DNA of 64,000 bases, from NCBI GenBank assembly GCA_011523845.1, contig WTFV01000076.1, positions 999-64,998 of the forward strand, in the 5' to 3' direction. The DNA is from Acidobacteriota bacterium (GTDB lineage Bacteria; Acidobacteriota; Vicinamibacteria; Vicinamibacterales; UBA8438). Shown here piece after piece: positions 45,010-54,422 of the stretch. The first letter of the stretch is position 1. Each line of letters opens with the position of its first letter. The translations under genes were made by a program, and so were the position numbers. The notes under the pieces were generated by a model. It did not search any database. It had not been told where the DNA came from and was given only the letters and a program-made list of their open reading frames with translations.

Positions 45010-45531
45010 TCAGCGGGCCGGGGCGCGTTTCGCTGCGTGCAGCTGGAGTGGCGTTCGCAGGCCGCTCTGCGGCAGGTAGAGCGGGTGGGGCGGGTGCCCC
45101 TCCCTGGTCGCGGCTCCGAGCCGGTAGACGTCGCCGGCGGCGGTCAGCAGCTCCAGCACGCGCCTCGCGCGGGCCTCGCCTGCCTTGCGGGACGGCTTTC
45201 CCCATGCGGCGATGATCAGGTCGGCGCCGCGCGCGGCTTCGGCTATGACGTGGTCGTTGGCGGCGCCGACCGGGTCGTCGAAGTCCTTCAGCCCCTTCGG
45301 GTCGGTGGTCCTGGCCGCGTAGAGGTTGACCATAGTCAGGCGGGTGGCGTCTTCCCTGCGGGCGAAGCCGATCACTCGGCGGCTGGTGGGGTCGTCGCGC
45401 TCGGCGTCGGCCGTCGACGGGTTGAGCCCGCAGACGAGGACGTGCTTTTTCTTCGGGGCGAGCAGGTCGCCCAGGTCGCGCTTCAGCGTCCAGCGGTAGG
45501 TTGCTCTGGTCGAGCCATCCTGGCCTGGCAT
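45010..45531 (-). CDS. DUF1643-like protein
   Basis: ...TYRWTLKRDL...VLVCGLNPSTADAERDDPTSRRVIGFAR...MVNLYAARTTDP...DPVGAANDHVI...ADLIIAAWG...HPPHPLYL follows the DUF1643 pattern as I recall it. An alternative start is at 45582. Confidence 0.75.
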   Translation of the reverse strand: MPGQDGSTRATYRWTLKRDLGDLLAPKKKHVLVCGLNPSTADAERDDPTSRRVIGFARREDATRLTMVNLYAARTTDPKGLKDFDDPVGAANDHVIAEAARGADLIIAAWGKPSRKAGEARARRVLELLTAAGDVYRLGAATREGHPPHPLYLPQSGLRTPLQLHAAKRAPAR

Positions 45532-45617
45532 CTTCGTCGTGTGGCGTCGTTGTGGGCGGCGGACCGTCGCGTTCTTCAGCATCGTCCGGCTCCTTCGCTG
45601 CTGTTGCGTCGCAGCGG

Positions 45618-46040
45618 CTAGGACGGCCGCGTCCGCCCGCTCTCCCAGGCGGCCAGGGTCTTCGGCCCGGCCGCGTAGGGGAAGCTCTGTCCGCGGTAGT
45701 GCTCCATGTCGCCGTACCCGAGGCAGGCGGCCTCGCCAGCGGTGCCGGCGGGCATGAACACTGCCGCGCGCGGGTACTCCAGGTCGCGCCCGATGGCCGC
45801 CGTCGCAACCCCGGCTGCCCACGGCATGCGCGCTGCCTCGGCGATCTCGAGCACGACGGCGTTGCTCTTCGTGATCGCGACGTCGCTGCCTGCCTCGTTC
45901 AGCTTGTCGCACACGGTTTCCACCGCGGCGCGCAGTTCGTCGGGTGCCGGCGGCGGTTCGTCGTCCCGCAGTTCGATCTGCAGAACGTGGCAGCTGGCGT
46001 GATCGGTACCGAGTGTTCCTTCGCGCATCGTCGCTTGCAT
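45618..46040 (-). CDS. Hypothetical protein (140 aa)
   Basis: MQATMREGTLGTDHASCHVLQIELRDDEPPP... This is the tail of track ORF 45618..46199. Good GC3. Confidence 0.6.
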   Translation of the reverse strand: MQATMREGTLGTDHASCHVLQIELRDDEPPPAPDELRAAVETVCDKLNEAGSDVAITKSNAVVLEIAEAARMPWAAGVATAAIGRDLEYPRAAVFMPAGTAGEAACLGYGDMEHYRGQSFPYAAGPKTLAAWESGRTRPS

Positions 46041-46382
46041 GCGGTTCGCTCCCTTCGTTGTCCGCGTTTGCGTTGTTCTCTCGCGGCTGTGGCGGGGCGC
46101 GCGGCCCCGCCCGTTGTGTTCCGACGCTCTCCGCTTTGCTCCCGCCGTTGCGGCGTTCGGCGGCGTTCCGCCGCCGTTCCCTGCGCGTGCAGGGAACACG
46201 AGGCGCGGGTCGGGGGGCCGGCGTGGCCCATCGGTTCATCTCCGTGGTTGGGGAACCTCGCGAACGCGGCCGCCGTCGTGATCGCGCGTCGTCAGTCTCC
46301 TTCCCGTTCGCTGGGGGCGGTGTTGCCGGGCCGTGTTCCTCGACCGCGCGTTTTCCGCGATCGGGCCGTCCGGGTCCTCTGT

Positions 46383-46828
46383 GCTGCGCGTGGCGCATGT
46401 CCGTCAGCGTCCTGACGAGTTCCAGTGTTGTGTTCCGCTCGTCAGGTGTTCACTACGTGCGTTTGCAGTGCGGGCACTGCTCCTCGGCGTTGCTGCGGCC
46501 CGGCCGGAGGTCGATCTCGAGCATTCCTCCGCAGCCGTGCCTGGGGCACTCGAGCTTGATCCCTCGAATCTCGTCGGTCGCGCTTCAGCGTCCAGCGGTA
46601 GGTTGCTCTGGTCGAGCCATCCTGGCCTGGCATCTTCGTCGTTGTGGCGTCGTGCGTGGAATGCTCTCGGGCTGCGTTCCGGTCTTGCTGCTCGGCTTCT
46701 GCGATCCTGGCGAGTCCCTTCGACAGGATCACGAGCGGCAGCCGCACGTACGGGCAGTCGGCGCGCGCCCGCTTGCGGTCGATTTCCTCCTGAAGCGTCT
46801 TGACGGCGGCGCGTTCGTCTCCTGTCAT
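46383..46828 (-). pseudogene. Mosaic decayed duplicate: a copy of the 53-aa gene, a 78-nt copy of the DUF1643 5' end, and a copy of the zinc-ribbon gene with in-frame stops
   Basis: 46383..46575 aligns with 48121..48313, with TGG TGG changed to TAG TGA. 46576..46653 aligns with 45474..45550. 46655..46828 encodes MTGDERAAVKTLQEEIDRKRARADCPYVRLPLVILSKGLARIAEA, matching MTPNERRAVEALEADIDRERARADCPCVRALLVILSKGLANIAEA. Confidence 0.65.
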
Positions 46829-46913
46829 TCTGCGGTTCCTCGTCGCATTCGCTGTTCGGTGTCTTCCAGCGCTTCCACGGTTGCGCGTGAGGCTACCGAG
46901 AGAACCAGCAGCC

Positions 46914-47930
46914 TCATTGCTGCGTCTCGCCTGTGAGCGGTAGCGCCCGCTCGTGCGTGCGGTGCAGCCGCAGCCTTGCGGGCTGGTAGCGTGCCGCTTC
47001 CCATATCTCCCACGGTACCGTGCGGTCGTAGCCGCCGATGACCCAGCGTGCGAAGCCGATCAGTTCCGGGGTGCGCCGGAAGGGCATCGGGTAGGGAAGG
47101 GCTCCGAGCGATCGGATCTGGCGTCTGCGCCAGTCGCGCTCCTGGTGCGTCTCCTGCTTCCAGTACCCGATCAGCATGTAAACGAACAGGTGGTGTGGCC
47201 GCACGCCGGCTTCGATCAGTGCGCCGACGCCGCGGAAGAACCGCTCGGCGTCCTTCGCGTTGTCGAATGCGGTGTAGAGCCGCCGGTGCCGCATCCCGTC
47301 GTCGCGGTAGTCGACGCCGGCTATCGCGGCGGCCGATTCGCGGTCGACCAGCCGCGCGTTGATTCCCTGGTTGAAGGAGACACGGTAGCGCCCTGTGCGC
47401 AGCTCTTCGATTCGTTCGCGCCAGCGAGGCTGACCGAGGAAGTCGTTGTCGAGCAGGAGCACGTGCCGCGGCCATTTTCCGCCGCGCCAGATGTCGGCGA
47501 TGGTCGCCGTCTCGGAGACCGCGCCCTCGGCCTTGGGCACGATGCAGAACGGGCACCGCAGCCGGCATCCCCGCTGGCTGTAGCCGATTGACGACGACCA
47601 GCGCGGGTAGTCGCTGTAGTCGATTGGTCCGTTGGGCTCGATTCCCGCGTCGGCGAGCGTTGTGGTCGTCGACCATCCGGTTCCGCCCAGTACTGCCTGC
47701 GGGTAGGCCTTCCGGACGAGCTCGGCCAGCGGCCGCGTGCGCGTGAAGATTGCGCTTGCATAGACACGCTCGGGCGCCTCCTCGCCGAGCTGGCGTTGGA
47801 TGGCTTGCGCGTTGCCCGCGCGGCGCAGTGTGACCCGGTCGCCCGCCGTCCGGCGCGCGGCGGCTATGCGCATCAGTGCGAGGTTGGGAATCTTCCCGTC
47901 GAGCTGGAGCAACAGCGTCGTTCCGGGCAT
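46914..47930 (-). CDS. Radical SAM enzyme with an N-terminal Rossmann-like (B12-binding-like) segment
   Basis: 338 aa from MPGTTLLLQLDGKIPNLALMRIAAA... It contains GCRLRCPFCIVP, a CxxxCxxC cluster motif. Confidence 0.8.
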   Translation of the reverse strand: MPGTTLLLQLDGKIPNLALMRIAAARRTAGDRVTLRRAGNAQAIQRQLGEEAPERVYASAIFTRTRPLAELVRKAYPQAVLGGTGWSTTTTLADAGIEPNGPIDYSDYPRWSSSIGYSQRGCRLRCPFCIVPKAEGAVSETATIADIWRGGKWPRHVLLLDNDFLGQPRWRERIEELRTGRYRVSFNQGINARLVDRESAAAIAGVDYRDDGMRHRRLYTAFDNAKDAERFFRGVGALIEAGVRPHHLFVYMLIGYWKQETHQERDWRRRQIRSLGALPYPMPFRRTPELIGFARWVIGGYDRTVPWEIWEAARYQPARLRLHRTHERALPLTGETQQ

Positions 47931-48055
47931 CGGTGTCTTGCTCTTCTGCTTCTCCGTGTTAGCTGTACGGTGTGTTCTGCCGGTGGCCGGCCGCCGGCGG
48001 CGGTTTCTTCGAGAGGATGACCAGACTGCGCCCGCATGCAGGGGGTGTGGCAGCG

Positions 48056-48352
48056 CTATTCCACGCTCCCTTCCGGCTCGGGGGGGATCAGTCTGACGAT
48101 CGGGGCGTCCGGGTCGGTGTGCTGCGCGTGCCGCATGTCCGTCAGCGTCCTGACGAGTTCCAGCGTCGTGGTCCACTCGTCAGGTGTCCACCACGTGCGT
48201 TTGCAGCGCGGGTACTGCTCCTCGGCGTTGCTTCGGCCCGGCCGGGGGTCGATCTCGAGCATTCCTCCGCAGCCGTGCCTGGGGCACTCGAGCTCGATGC
48301 CTCGAATCTCGTCGACGGTTGCGATCTGGCGCGTCTCGATGATCATCGTCAT
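48056..48352 (-). CDS. Small Cys-containing hypothetical protein (98 aa)
   Basis: MTMIIETRQIATVDEIRGIELECPRHGCGGMLEIDPRPG...YPRCKRTWWTPDEW... This is the intact paralog of the decayed copy at 46383..46575. Confidence 0.65.
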   Translation of the reverse strand: MTMIIETRQIATVDEIRGIELECPRHGCGGMLEIDPRPGRSNAEEQYPRCKRTWWTPDEWTTTLELVRTLTDMRHAQHTDPDAPIVRLIPPEPEGSVE

Positions 48353-48360
48353 GTCCGGTT

Positions 48361-48522
48361 TTAGGCGGCCCGCCGGGCTTGTCCGCCCGCCTCTGCGATG
48401 TTCGCGAGTCCCTTCGAGAGGATGACGAGCAGCGCCCGCACGCACGGGCAGTCGGCGCGGGCGCGCTCGCGGTCGATGTCGGCCTCCAGCGCCTCGACGG
48501 CCCGTCGTTCGTTCGGAGTCAT
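48361..48522 (-). CDS. Small hypothetical protein (53 aa)
   Basis: MTPNERRAVEALEADIDRERARADCPCVRALLVILSKGLANIAEAGGQARRAA. It is below the track length cut-off. Support comes from its conserved paralog at 46655..46828. Confidence 0.55.
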   Translation of the reverse strand: MTPNERRAVEALEADIDRERARADCPCVRALLVILSKGLANIAEAGGQARRAA

Positions 48523-48543
48523 GTCTGGTGTCGCTTTCCTGCG

Positions 48544-50163
48544 CTACGCCGCCGGCGTCGGTGCGTGCTGTGCGGCGGCTCGTTCCTGCCGGTTCTCGGC
48601 GTCGATGCGGCCGAGACCGGCGTCCTCGTGGTTGGCGAAGCGGATCGCCTCGGCGATGGCCTCGTGGCCGGCCTGGTCGCGGATGAGCCGGTGCATCCGC
48701 TGGCAGATGCGGCGGTACGAGGGGTGTCCGGCGGGCTGGGTGCGCAGCTCGATGACGTGCATCGCCTCGCGCGCGTTCATGCGCATGGTGAAGCGGATGC
48801 GGCAGGCCATCGGGACTGCGTACTGCGCGGTGTCGGCGCCGTAGCGCTGCCGGAGGTGCTCGTACAGGCGGCGGGACTCGTCGATGACGCGGTTCCATGC
48901 GGGGCGCAGCCCGGGGATGTCGTCGAGCGCGTCGGGCTCCTCGGTTCCGTGCCGGGTCGTCAGCCGCTGCCAGTCGATGGTCAGCATGCGGTGTCGCTGC
49001 AGGTCCCGGAAGGCGCCGTAGTCGGCGGTGACGTCGAAGGTGTAGTCGGCGTGCTCGAAGGCGCGGCCGGGCCGGTGGCGCCGGTTGCCGCGCTCGCCGA
49101 CGATGTTGCGGATCGTGTGCAACCGTTCGTCCTGCGGCATCTGCCGCACGAGCAGGCGCACGCCGCTCAGCGTGTGCTCGGTCTGTAGATACAGCGCTGC
49201 GGCGAGCACGGCGGTCTCGCCGTCGCCTGTCCAGTCGATAAGGCGGACGTCGTTGCCGGCGTTGCCGGAACGGTTCCAGTCTTCGTCGGGGAGCGTGCAG
49301 GCCGCGTCGGCGGCGGCCGCGTGCTGGCCGCGCAGGTAGTCGCGCCACGCGCCGCCGCGGTCGGCGCGGTGCACCCGCTGGATGAACGCCGGGATCACCT
49401 GCTCGAGCTCGGCGAACATGGCTGCGGCCATTGCCCGCGCCTCGGCCAGCGGGTGCGCGCCGAGGCGGAGCAGCAGCGCCTCGAAGGCCTGTCCGGAGCC
49501 GTGGATGCCGAGGTTGCTGCGCGTGGCGGCGGGCAGCAGGCCGCGCAGCGTGTCGAGCCCGCGGGAGCGGACCGCCCGCTTCCAGGCGCTCTCGTCGTCG
49601 CCGGCGCGACGCGGGTGCGCGCGGCGGAAGTGCGCGTCGGCGCCGCCGAGGAAGCGGGCGTAGGTCTCGAAGGCGTTGTCGAGCGTTTCGCGGTAGCGGC
49701 GGCGGTCCGCGAGGTCGGCGATCTCGGCCGGGGTGACGTACTTCCAGCGGCCCCCGGGGCGCTCGGTGCAGGGCACGTAGCGGGTGGACTGCTCCAGGTA
49801 GGACATGAGCCGCCCGCGCTCGAGGACCTTGGTGAGCACGTTCGACACGCCCTCGCAGGCGACGTGCGCGCTGCCGAGCTGGGCGACCGAGTCGTCTCCG
49901 TACTGCCCGAGCACGCGGTCGTAGAGCGCGGCGGCGCGGCCGGTGGCCTCGTTTGCGCCGTCCGTGCCGGAGGTCGGCGGCACGTCGGCGTCGAACTCGT
50001 CGAGGTACAGCCGGCGCAGCGGCTTCGCGGAGCGGGAGTAGCGGGCGAACAGGGCGCCCTTGACCGTTTCGGGGAGGTTGCGCAGCGCGAAGCAGGGCCG
50101 GTCCGGGTTGGTGAAGCGCGGTTCCAGCCGGGCGCGTTCGGCGTCGGTGAACTCCGGTGTCAT
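48544..50163 (-). CDS. thyX: FAD-dependent thymidylate synthase, long two-domain ThyX form
   Basis: 539 aa. The N-terminal half has ...GALFARYSRS... The C-terminal half has ...YGAFRDLQRHRMLT... (RHR motif) and ...MNAREAMHVIELRT... Confidence 0.85.
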   Translation of the reverse strand: MTPEFTDAERARLEPRFTNPDRPCFALRNLPETVKGALFARYSRSAKPLRRLYLDEFDADVPPTSGTDGANEATGRAAALYDRVLGQYGDDSVAQLGSAHVACEGVSNVLTKVLERGRLMSYLEQSTRYVPCTERPGGRWKYVTPAEIADLADRRRYRETLDNAFETYARFLGGADAHFRRAHPRRAGDDESAWKRAVRSRGLDTLRGLLPAATRSNLGIHGSGQAFEALLLRLGAHPLAEARAMAAAMFAELEQVIPAFIQRVHRADRGGAWRDYLRGQHAAAADAACTLPDEDWNRSGNAGNDVRLIDWTGDGETAVLAAALYLQTEHTLSGVRLLVRQMPQDERLHTIRNIVGERGNRRHRPGRAFEHADYTFDVTADYGAFRDLQRHRMLTIDWQRLTTRHGTEEPDALDDIPGLRPAWNRVIDESRRLYEHLRQRYGADTAQYAVPMACRIRFTMRMNAREAMHVIELRTQPAGHPSYRRICQRMHRLIRDQAGHEAIAEAIRFANHEDAGLGRIDAENRQERAAAQHAPTPAA

Positions 50164-50423
50164 GACGGGCGTTGTCCTTCCGTTCGGCGGGATCCTGCGG
50201 TGGGGCCCCGCCCCTTCCCGCGCGGCGGCGCGGTTTCGGCATGGGCGGGATGCTCGCAGGCGTCGATCTCCGTCCGCCGCCAGCGGTCCCAGGGGGCCGC
50301 ATGCACGCCGGCGCCGCGGTCTTCGATGTGGACCATGTGCGGGTCCCGGCGCTCGCAGGCGGCGCAGACCCGGACCTGGCGTCTCGTTCTGCCGCTCAGC
50401 GGCACTATCCAGCCTGTCAACAT
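50160..50423 (-). CDS. Small hypothetical protein coupled to thyX
   Basis: AAGGAG sits just upstream of ATG 50423. Its stop overlaps the thyX start (ATGA). It contains CAAC...C...H residues. Confidence 0.5.
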   Translation of the reverse strand: MLTGWIVPLSGRTRRQVRVCAACERRDPHMVHIEDRGAGVHAAPWDRWRRTEIDACEHPAHAETAPPRGKGRGPTAGSRRTEGQRPS

Positions 50424-50461
50424 GTCTCCTTCCGTTCAGCGGGAGGGCGCGGTCTAGCCGT

Positions 50462-51502
50462 CTAGCCGCGCGCCTGTTCCCGGCGGGTCGCCGTTCCCGA
50501 GGCGGAGCGCGGGGAGACCGGCGGGTCGGCGTGCGGCCGCGCCCGCTCGTGCGTCTGCTCGCGCTGCCGGTCGCGGCGAGCGGGGGCGAGCAGTCGTTCT
50601 TCGGTGGCCGCGGCCAGCTCGACCGCGTGGTGGAACGCCCCGGGATCGTTGCGTATCTTCGCGGCGGCCGCGGCCAGCGCTTCGTCGCAGCGCAGCGTGT
50701 GCAGGCCGGCGGCGGCGGCCTGGGTGGTGTGCGCGGCCGTCCAACCGGCCGCGAGGATCGCCAGGTCGCGGTCGCCGGGCGTCTTTCCGGAGTCGTTCGC
50801 GATCCGGCGCGTCAGGCCGATCGTCGCGCCGTGCAGCCTGTGCATCGCCTGGTCCAGAGGCAGGCGTCCCGGGTCGGGGATGACGACGCTCTGCCTGTCG
50901 CCGGAGCAGCGCAGGGTCCGCCGGTCGTGGATTGCGACGTCGACGCCGGCGTGCGCGGTGAGCGTGTTCAGGGCTTCGATTCGGGCTTCCAGGTCCGGGA
51001 TCCGGGGGTCGGCGTTGGAGGCGAGGACGTCAATGCACCGTGCCAGGAATACGTCGTTGCCGTAGTCGTCGATGCCGCGCGGATCGGGGCAGCTCTCGTC
51101 GTCATGGACGCGGCGCACGAGGATCAGCGTGTCGTGGGCGGGGCTGCCCGGCACTGCGACGGTCGTGTCCGTCCCGGGCCCGAGGGCCGCGGGGACGTAC
51201 TCGCCGCCGGGGGTGGAGGTTCTCGTCTGTGTCGCCTCGATGGCGACGCGCTGGTGCATGGCGAGCGGGCTGCCGTCGGCGGCGCGCGGCGCCAGGTCCT
51301 TCGAGAACGTCACCATGTGCAGGTCGGAGCGTTCCTGTTCGATGAGCTCCGCCCACAGGACCTCGGTCGGGATGCCTTGCCGGGGCGCGGCGGCGCCGTC
51401 GAGCGTCACGGGTTCGAGGGCCAGCCGCTCGAAGGGGCTTGCGGTCCGTCCCGCGGAGGCGGGCCACGACCACAGCGGCTGCGGGCTTGCGTTGTCGGGC
51501 AT
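50462..51502 (-). CDS. Hypothetical protein (346 aa)
   Basis: Clean ORF with high GC3. No motif recognised. Confidence 0.65.
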   Translation of the reverse strand: MPDNASPQPLWSWPASAGRTASPFERLALEPVTLDGAAAPRQGIPTEVLWAELIEQERSDLHMVTFSKDLAPRAADGSPLAMHQRVAIEATQTRTSTPGGEYVPAALGPGTDTTVAVPGSPAHDTLILVRRVHDDESCPDPRGIDDYGNDVFLARCIDVLASNADPRIPDLEARIEALNTLTAHAGVDVAIHDRRTLRCSGDRQSVVIPDPGRLPLDQAMHRLHGATIGLTRRIANDSGKTPGDRDLAILAAGWTAAHTTQAAAAGLHTLRCDEALAAAAAKIRNDPGAFHHAVELAAATEERLLAPARRDRQREQTHERARPHADPPVSPRSASGTATRREQARG

Positions 51503-51551
51503 GGCTGAGTCTTGCGGATCGGACCCGGTGTTTCGGGACCCGGTGTGTGCA

Positions 51552-52328
51552 TCACGTTCGGTTCGGCGCCGCCGTTCGGCAGGTGTCGAGCGGCCTCGGG
51601 GCCTCGCCGGCGAGGCGGCGGGCGGCTTCGGTGATGACCACCGATGCTCGTACCGGGTGGTAGCCGGTGTGCTCGACGGCGACGTTGATGCGGCGGTCGT
51701 CCGTGCGGTCGCGCCGGCGGTGCATGTGGCCGTGGACGTTGACGGCCCCTGGCGGCACGTTGCGCATCGGGCAGTGGGTGACCACGAGCGGCGGCGTCGA
51801 TGTGATTACCAGCGCTCCGAAGCTCGCGTCCCAGCCGTCGGTCAGCGGGGCGTGCGGCGCGGCGACGTCGTGGTTGCCGAGGATGTTGACCTTGCGGCCG
51901 GGGAGTCCCTGGAGCAGTCGTTGCCGGGGTCGCTCGCCGACGGACTCGGGGGCGAAGTCTCCGGCATGGATCATCAGGTCGGTCGGGGCGACGGCGCGGC
52001 GCCACCGGCGCCTGAGCGCGCGGTCGTGCGTCGCCCGGCACCAGAAGGGCCGCCGGTGGCAGCGCACCGAGGCCGCGTCGCGCAGGTGCAGGTCGGACCA
52101 CAGCCAGGTCCGTTCGGCGTCGAGCCGGGCGGCGTCGAGGACCGGGACGCCCCAGATGCCGATCAGTCCCAGGACGGTGTCGGCCGCGTCGGGATGCATC
52201 CAGGAGCCGTCGTCGCCGTCGGCCCGCAGCAGGTCGCGGCAGGCGGTGCGGGTGGCGTCGACGATCTTCCCGATCCCGGGGCCTGTGCGGGAGTCTTCGA
52301 GCAGTGGCAGGTCCGCTCCGTTCTCCAT
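51552..52328 (-). CDS. Calcineurin-like metallophosphoesterase
   Basis: WLWSDLHL, MIHAGDF, ILGNHD and VNVHGHMH in the canonical order. An ~85-aa N-terminal extension makes the start uncertain. Confidence 0.82.
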   Translation of the reverse strand: MENGADLPLLEDSRTGPGIGKIVDATRTACRDLLRADGDDGSWMHPDAADTVLGLIGIWGVPVLDAARLDAERTWLWSDLHLRDAASVRCHRRPFWCRATHDRALRRRWRRAVAPTDLMIHAGDFAPESVGERPRQRLLQGLPGRKVNILGNHDVAAPHAPLTDGWDASFGALVITSTPPLVVTHCPMRNVPPGAVNVHGHMHRRRDRTDDRRINVAVEHTGYHPVRASVVITEAARRLAGEAPRPLDTCRTAAPNRT

Positions 52329-52350
52329 GCCGGGATGCGCCTGACGTGCG

Positions 52351-52809
52351 TTACGGCGTCCGGGAGCGGTACCAGTAGGTGGCAGGTCCGAGCCGGACGG
52401 GGCGGTAGCTTGCCCGCAGGTCCTCGGCGGCCTCTTCGAGGTTGATGTGGCGGTAGGGCCACTGCCTGCAGCGGTCTTCGCCGACGATGCCGCGCGCGAC
52501 GGCGGCGCAGTGCCCCTGGAACCTGGACTCGTGAACCAGCTCGGTGGCCGGGTCGAGCAGTCCGAGCCCGGCGCGCTGGCGCGTGTCGGCGGCGAGGTAG
52601 TCGCTGTCCGCCTTGACCTGGGCGATGGTCATGGTCTTTCTGTCGGGCGGCGCCTTCCGCCAGGCGGCGATCGCGGCGGCGACGTCGCTGACGGTGGCGA
52701 GGAAGCCGCGGACGGCGAACATCCAGAGGGCGAGCAGCGCGATCCCGGCCGCGGCCCAGAGCACCGGGTGGTCGGAGGCGTCGAGCAGCGGGCGGACCAG
52801 GATCGGCAT
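52351..52809 (-). CDS. Membrane-anchored hypothetical protein
   Basis: N-terminal TM span VLWAAAGIALLALWMFAVRGFL, then a soluble domain. Confidence 0.6.
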   Translation of the reverse strand: MPILVRPLLDASDHPVLWAAAGIALLALWMFAVRGFLATVSDVAAAIAAWRKAPPDRKTMTIAQVKADSDYLAADTRQRAGLGLLDPATELVHESRFQGHCAAVARGIVGEDRCRQWPYRHINLEEAAEDLRASYRPVRLGPATYWYRSRTP

Positions 52810-52915
52810 GTGCCTGCACGTTCCGGCGCCGCGGGTCGTGCCGGGCCGGAACGTTGTGCGGGAGTGTAGGGGCCGCGGGCCGCCGCCGTGTCGTCCGCCG
52901 GGGAGCCCGGCGCGC

Positions 52916-53164
52916 TTACCTGAACAGGTCGTTCGCCCACCTGCGGACCCGTTCGGGACCGAAACAGGCGATTGCCGTCGGCACCATCATGGCGACGACG
53001 ACTGCTCCGACCAGATCGGGCCCCCACGGTTCGGCGCCGGTGACCCAGGAGCTCACGGTGCCGATGACGATGAACATGAGGGTGAAGTGGATCGCGTGCC
53101 GCGCGAGGCAGCGCAGACTCGGCTCGAACATCGGCTGCTCGCTGCTTCGGGTGCTGTCGGTCAT
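52916..53164 (-). CDS. Small two-TM membrane protein
   Basis: ...HFTLMFIVIGTVSSWV...LVGAVVVAMMVPTAIACF... Confidence 0.6.
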   Translation of the reverse strand: MTDSTRSSEQPMFEPSLRCLARHAIHFTLMFIVIGTVSSWVTGAEPWGPDLVGAVVVAMMVPTAIACFGPERVRRWANDLFR

Positions 53165-53366
53165 GGTTCAATCCTCGTTGCCGATGGTCTCGTACTGGTG
53201 CGCAGTGACGACGGTTTCGAACAGGATAGTGCAGTCATCCTCGTCGGCGGGAGCGCTGGAGGAGGGGGGCGTGCGGCAGGCTGTGACGGGTTCCCGCAGG
53301 GGGGCGTGCGGTCGCGAGTGACGTTGTCTTGCTTGGGGAATGCTGGCTTGACTGCACCGTGGTTTT

Positions 53367-54422
53367 TCACCGTCCTCGAGAGGGATTCTTGTTGCGGTCT
53401 TGCCCGTTTGCGGCGCTTGCTGCAGGTGGCGGTGGTGTTGGCGGGTCGGGTGGTTCGAAGAGTCCACGTGTCGGGTCGTCGGGTCGGGCTATATGCGCAA
53501 TGGTTTGTTGGTTGCTCTGTGTCATTGCTTGGCGCGCATCCCGGATCACGTCGCGTGCGCTGATGTTGTGGCATCCGAGGTAGCGGGCGATTCCGAGGCC
53601 GTGGAGGTCTCGTTCGATCTCATTACTTGTCGAGTGATACTCGTTGGTCCGCAACCCGTTGGTTCTTGTTCGTATCGTGATTCGGTCGTGGGATGCCTGG
53701 ATGAGCACTTCTGCGTAGCGGTGCGTCTCCGTCGTGCGTGCGGCCCGTTCGACCAGCTGTTTCGGGTCGATCCAGTTCTCTGCCGATATTCCGGACAGTT
53801 TCGTCTGGGCCTCCTCCTCCTCGATTTTCGCACGGCTATTGTGCCAGAACTCTCTGATCCGGTTGAGTTCAGGTTCCGTGAGCGCATTCAGTGCTTGGTG
53901 CATGCCGGCGTCGCTTCTGATGCGTGCTGCGTGGCAGATGTCGAAGAGGTCCCGTGCTGCAACGTGGTGGTCGATGGCTCGTCGAAACTTTCCGCTGAAG
54001 ATCTGTGCGTTGCTCAGCCTGAGAGTGGTTTGTCGCGCCACTTCAATCGGCTCTTCGTGCCCGGGGAGTTGGCGTCCGCTGCTGAAGATGTCGACCTTGC
54101 CGTTCTTGCCATAGGCGATGCTGAGTTTCTGGTCGGGGGCGTCTACTTGCTGTCGCTTCGTTGCTTGTATGAGCTTGCTCAGGCGCTGGTGTCCTTTGCC
54201 GTGTAGTGCCGCCATGCTGAGGCCCGGTGCGATGAGGATGTCGATGTCGAAGCTGTGCCGGTGACGCCAGTCGGCGGCCAGCGCCGTTGCTCCGCCCAGA
54301 TACCATCTGTCGTGTTCCAGTGTCTTGCACTCTTCGAGCAGGGCGTTGACCAACGTAGTGGCGTGCTGCCAGATCCTGCTGGCGGGTTCGAGAAGCTCTA
54401 CGTGTCTGGTCTTCTTCGTCAT
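53367..54422 (-). CDS. AbiEii/DUF1814-like nucleotidyltransferase (toxin-like)
   Basis: MTKKTRHVELLEP...WYLGGATALAADWRHRHSFDIDILI... ATGA overlap with the upstream gene. GC is visibly lower than in the surroundings. Confidence 0.72.
   Translation of the reverse strand: MTKKTRHVELLEPASRIWQHATTLVNALLEECKTLEHDRWYLGGATALAADWRHRHSFDIDILIAPGLSMAALHGKGHQRLSKLIQATKRQQVDAPDQKLSIAYGKNGKVDIFSSGRQLPGHEEPIEVARQTTLRLSNAQIFSGKFRRAIDHHVAARDLFDICHAARIRSDAGMHQALNALTEPELNRIREFWHNSRAKIEEEEAQTKLSGISAENWIDPKQLVERAARTTETHRYAEVLIQASHDRITIRTRTNGLRTNEYHSTSNEIERDLHGLGIARYLGCHNISARDVIRDARQAMTQSNQQTIAHIARPDDPTRGLFEPPDPPTPPPPAASAANGQDRNKNPSRGR

Noticed and set aside
53168-53366. Possible short gene ending ...EDDCTILFETVVTAHQYETIGNED, 3 nt before the 53164 start
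   Set aside because: The tail looks coding, but no acceptable start exists downstream of the AbiEii-like stop. The only ATG (53467) lies inside that gene in another frame.
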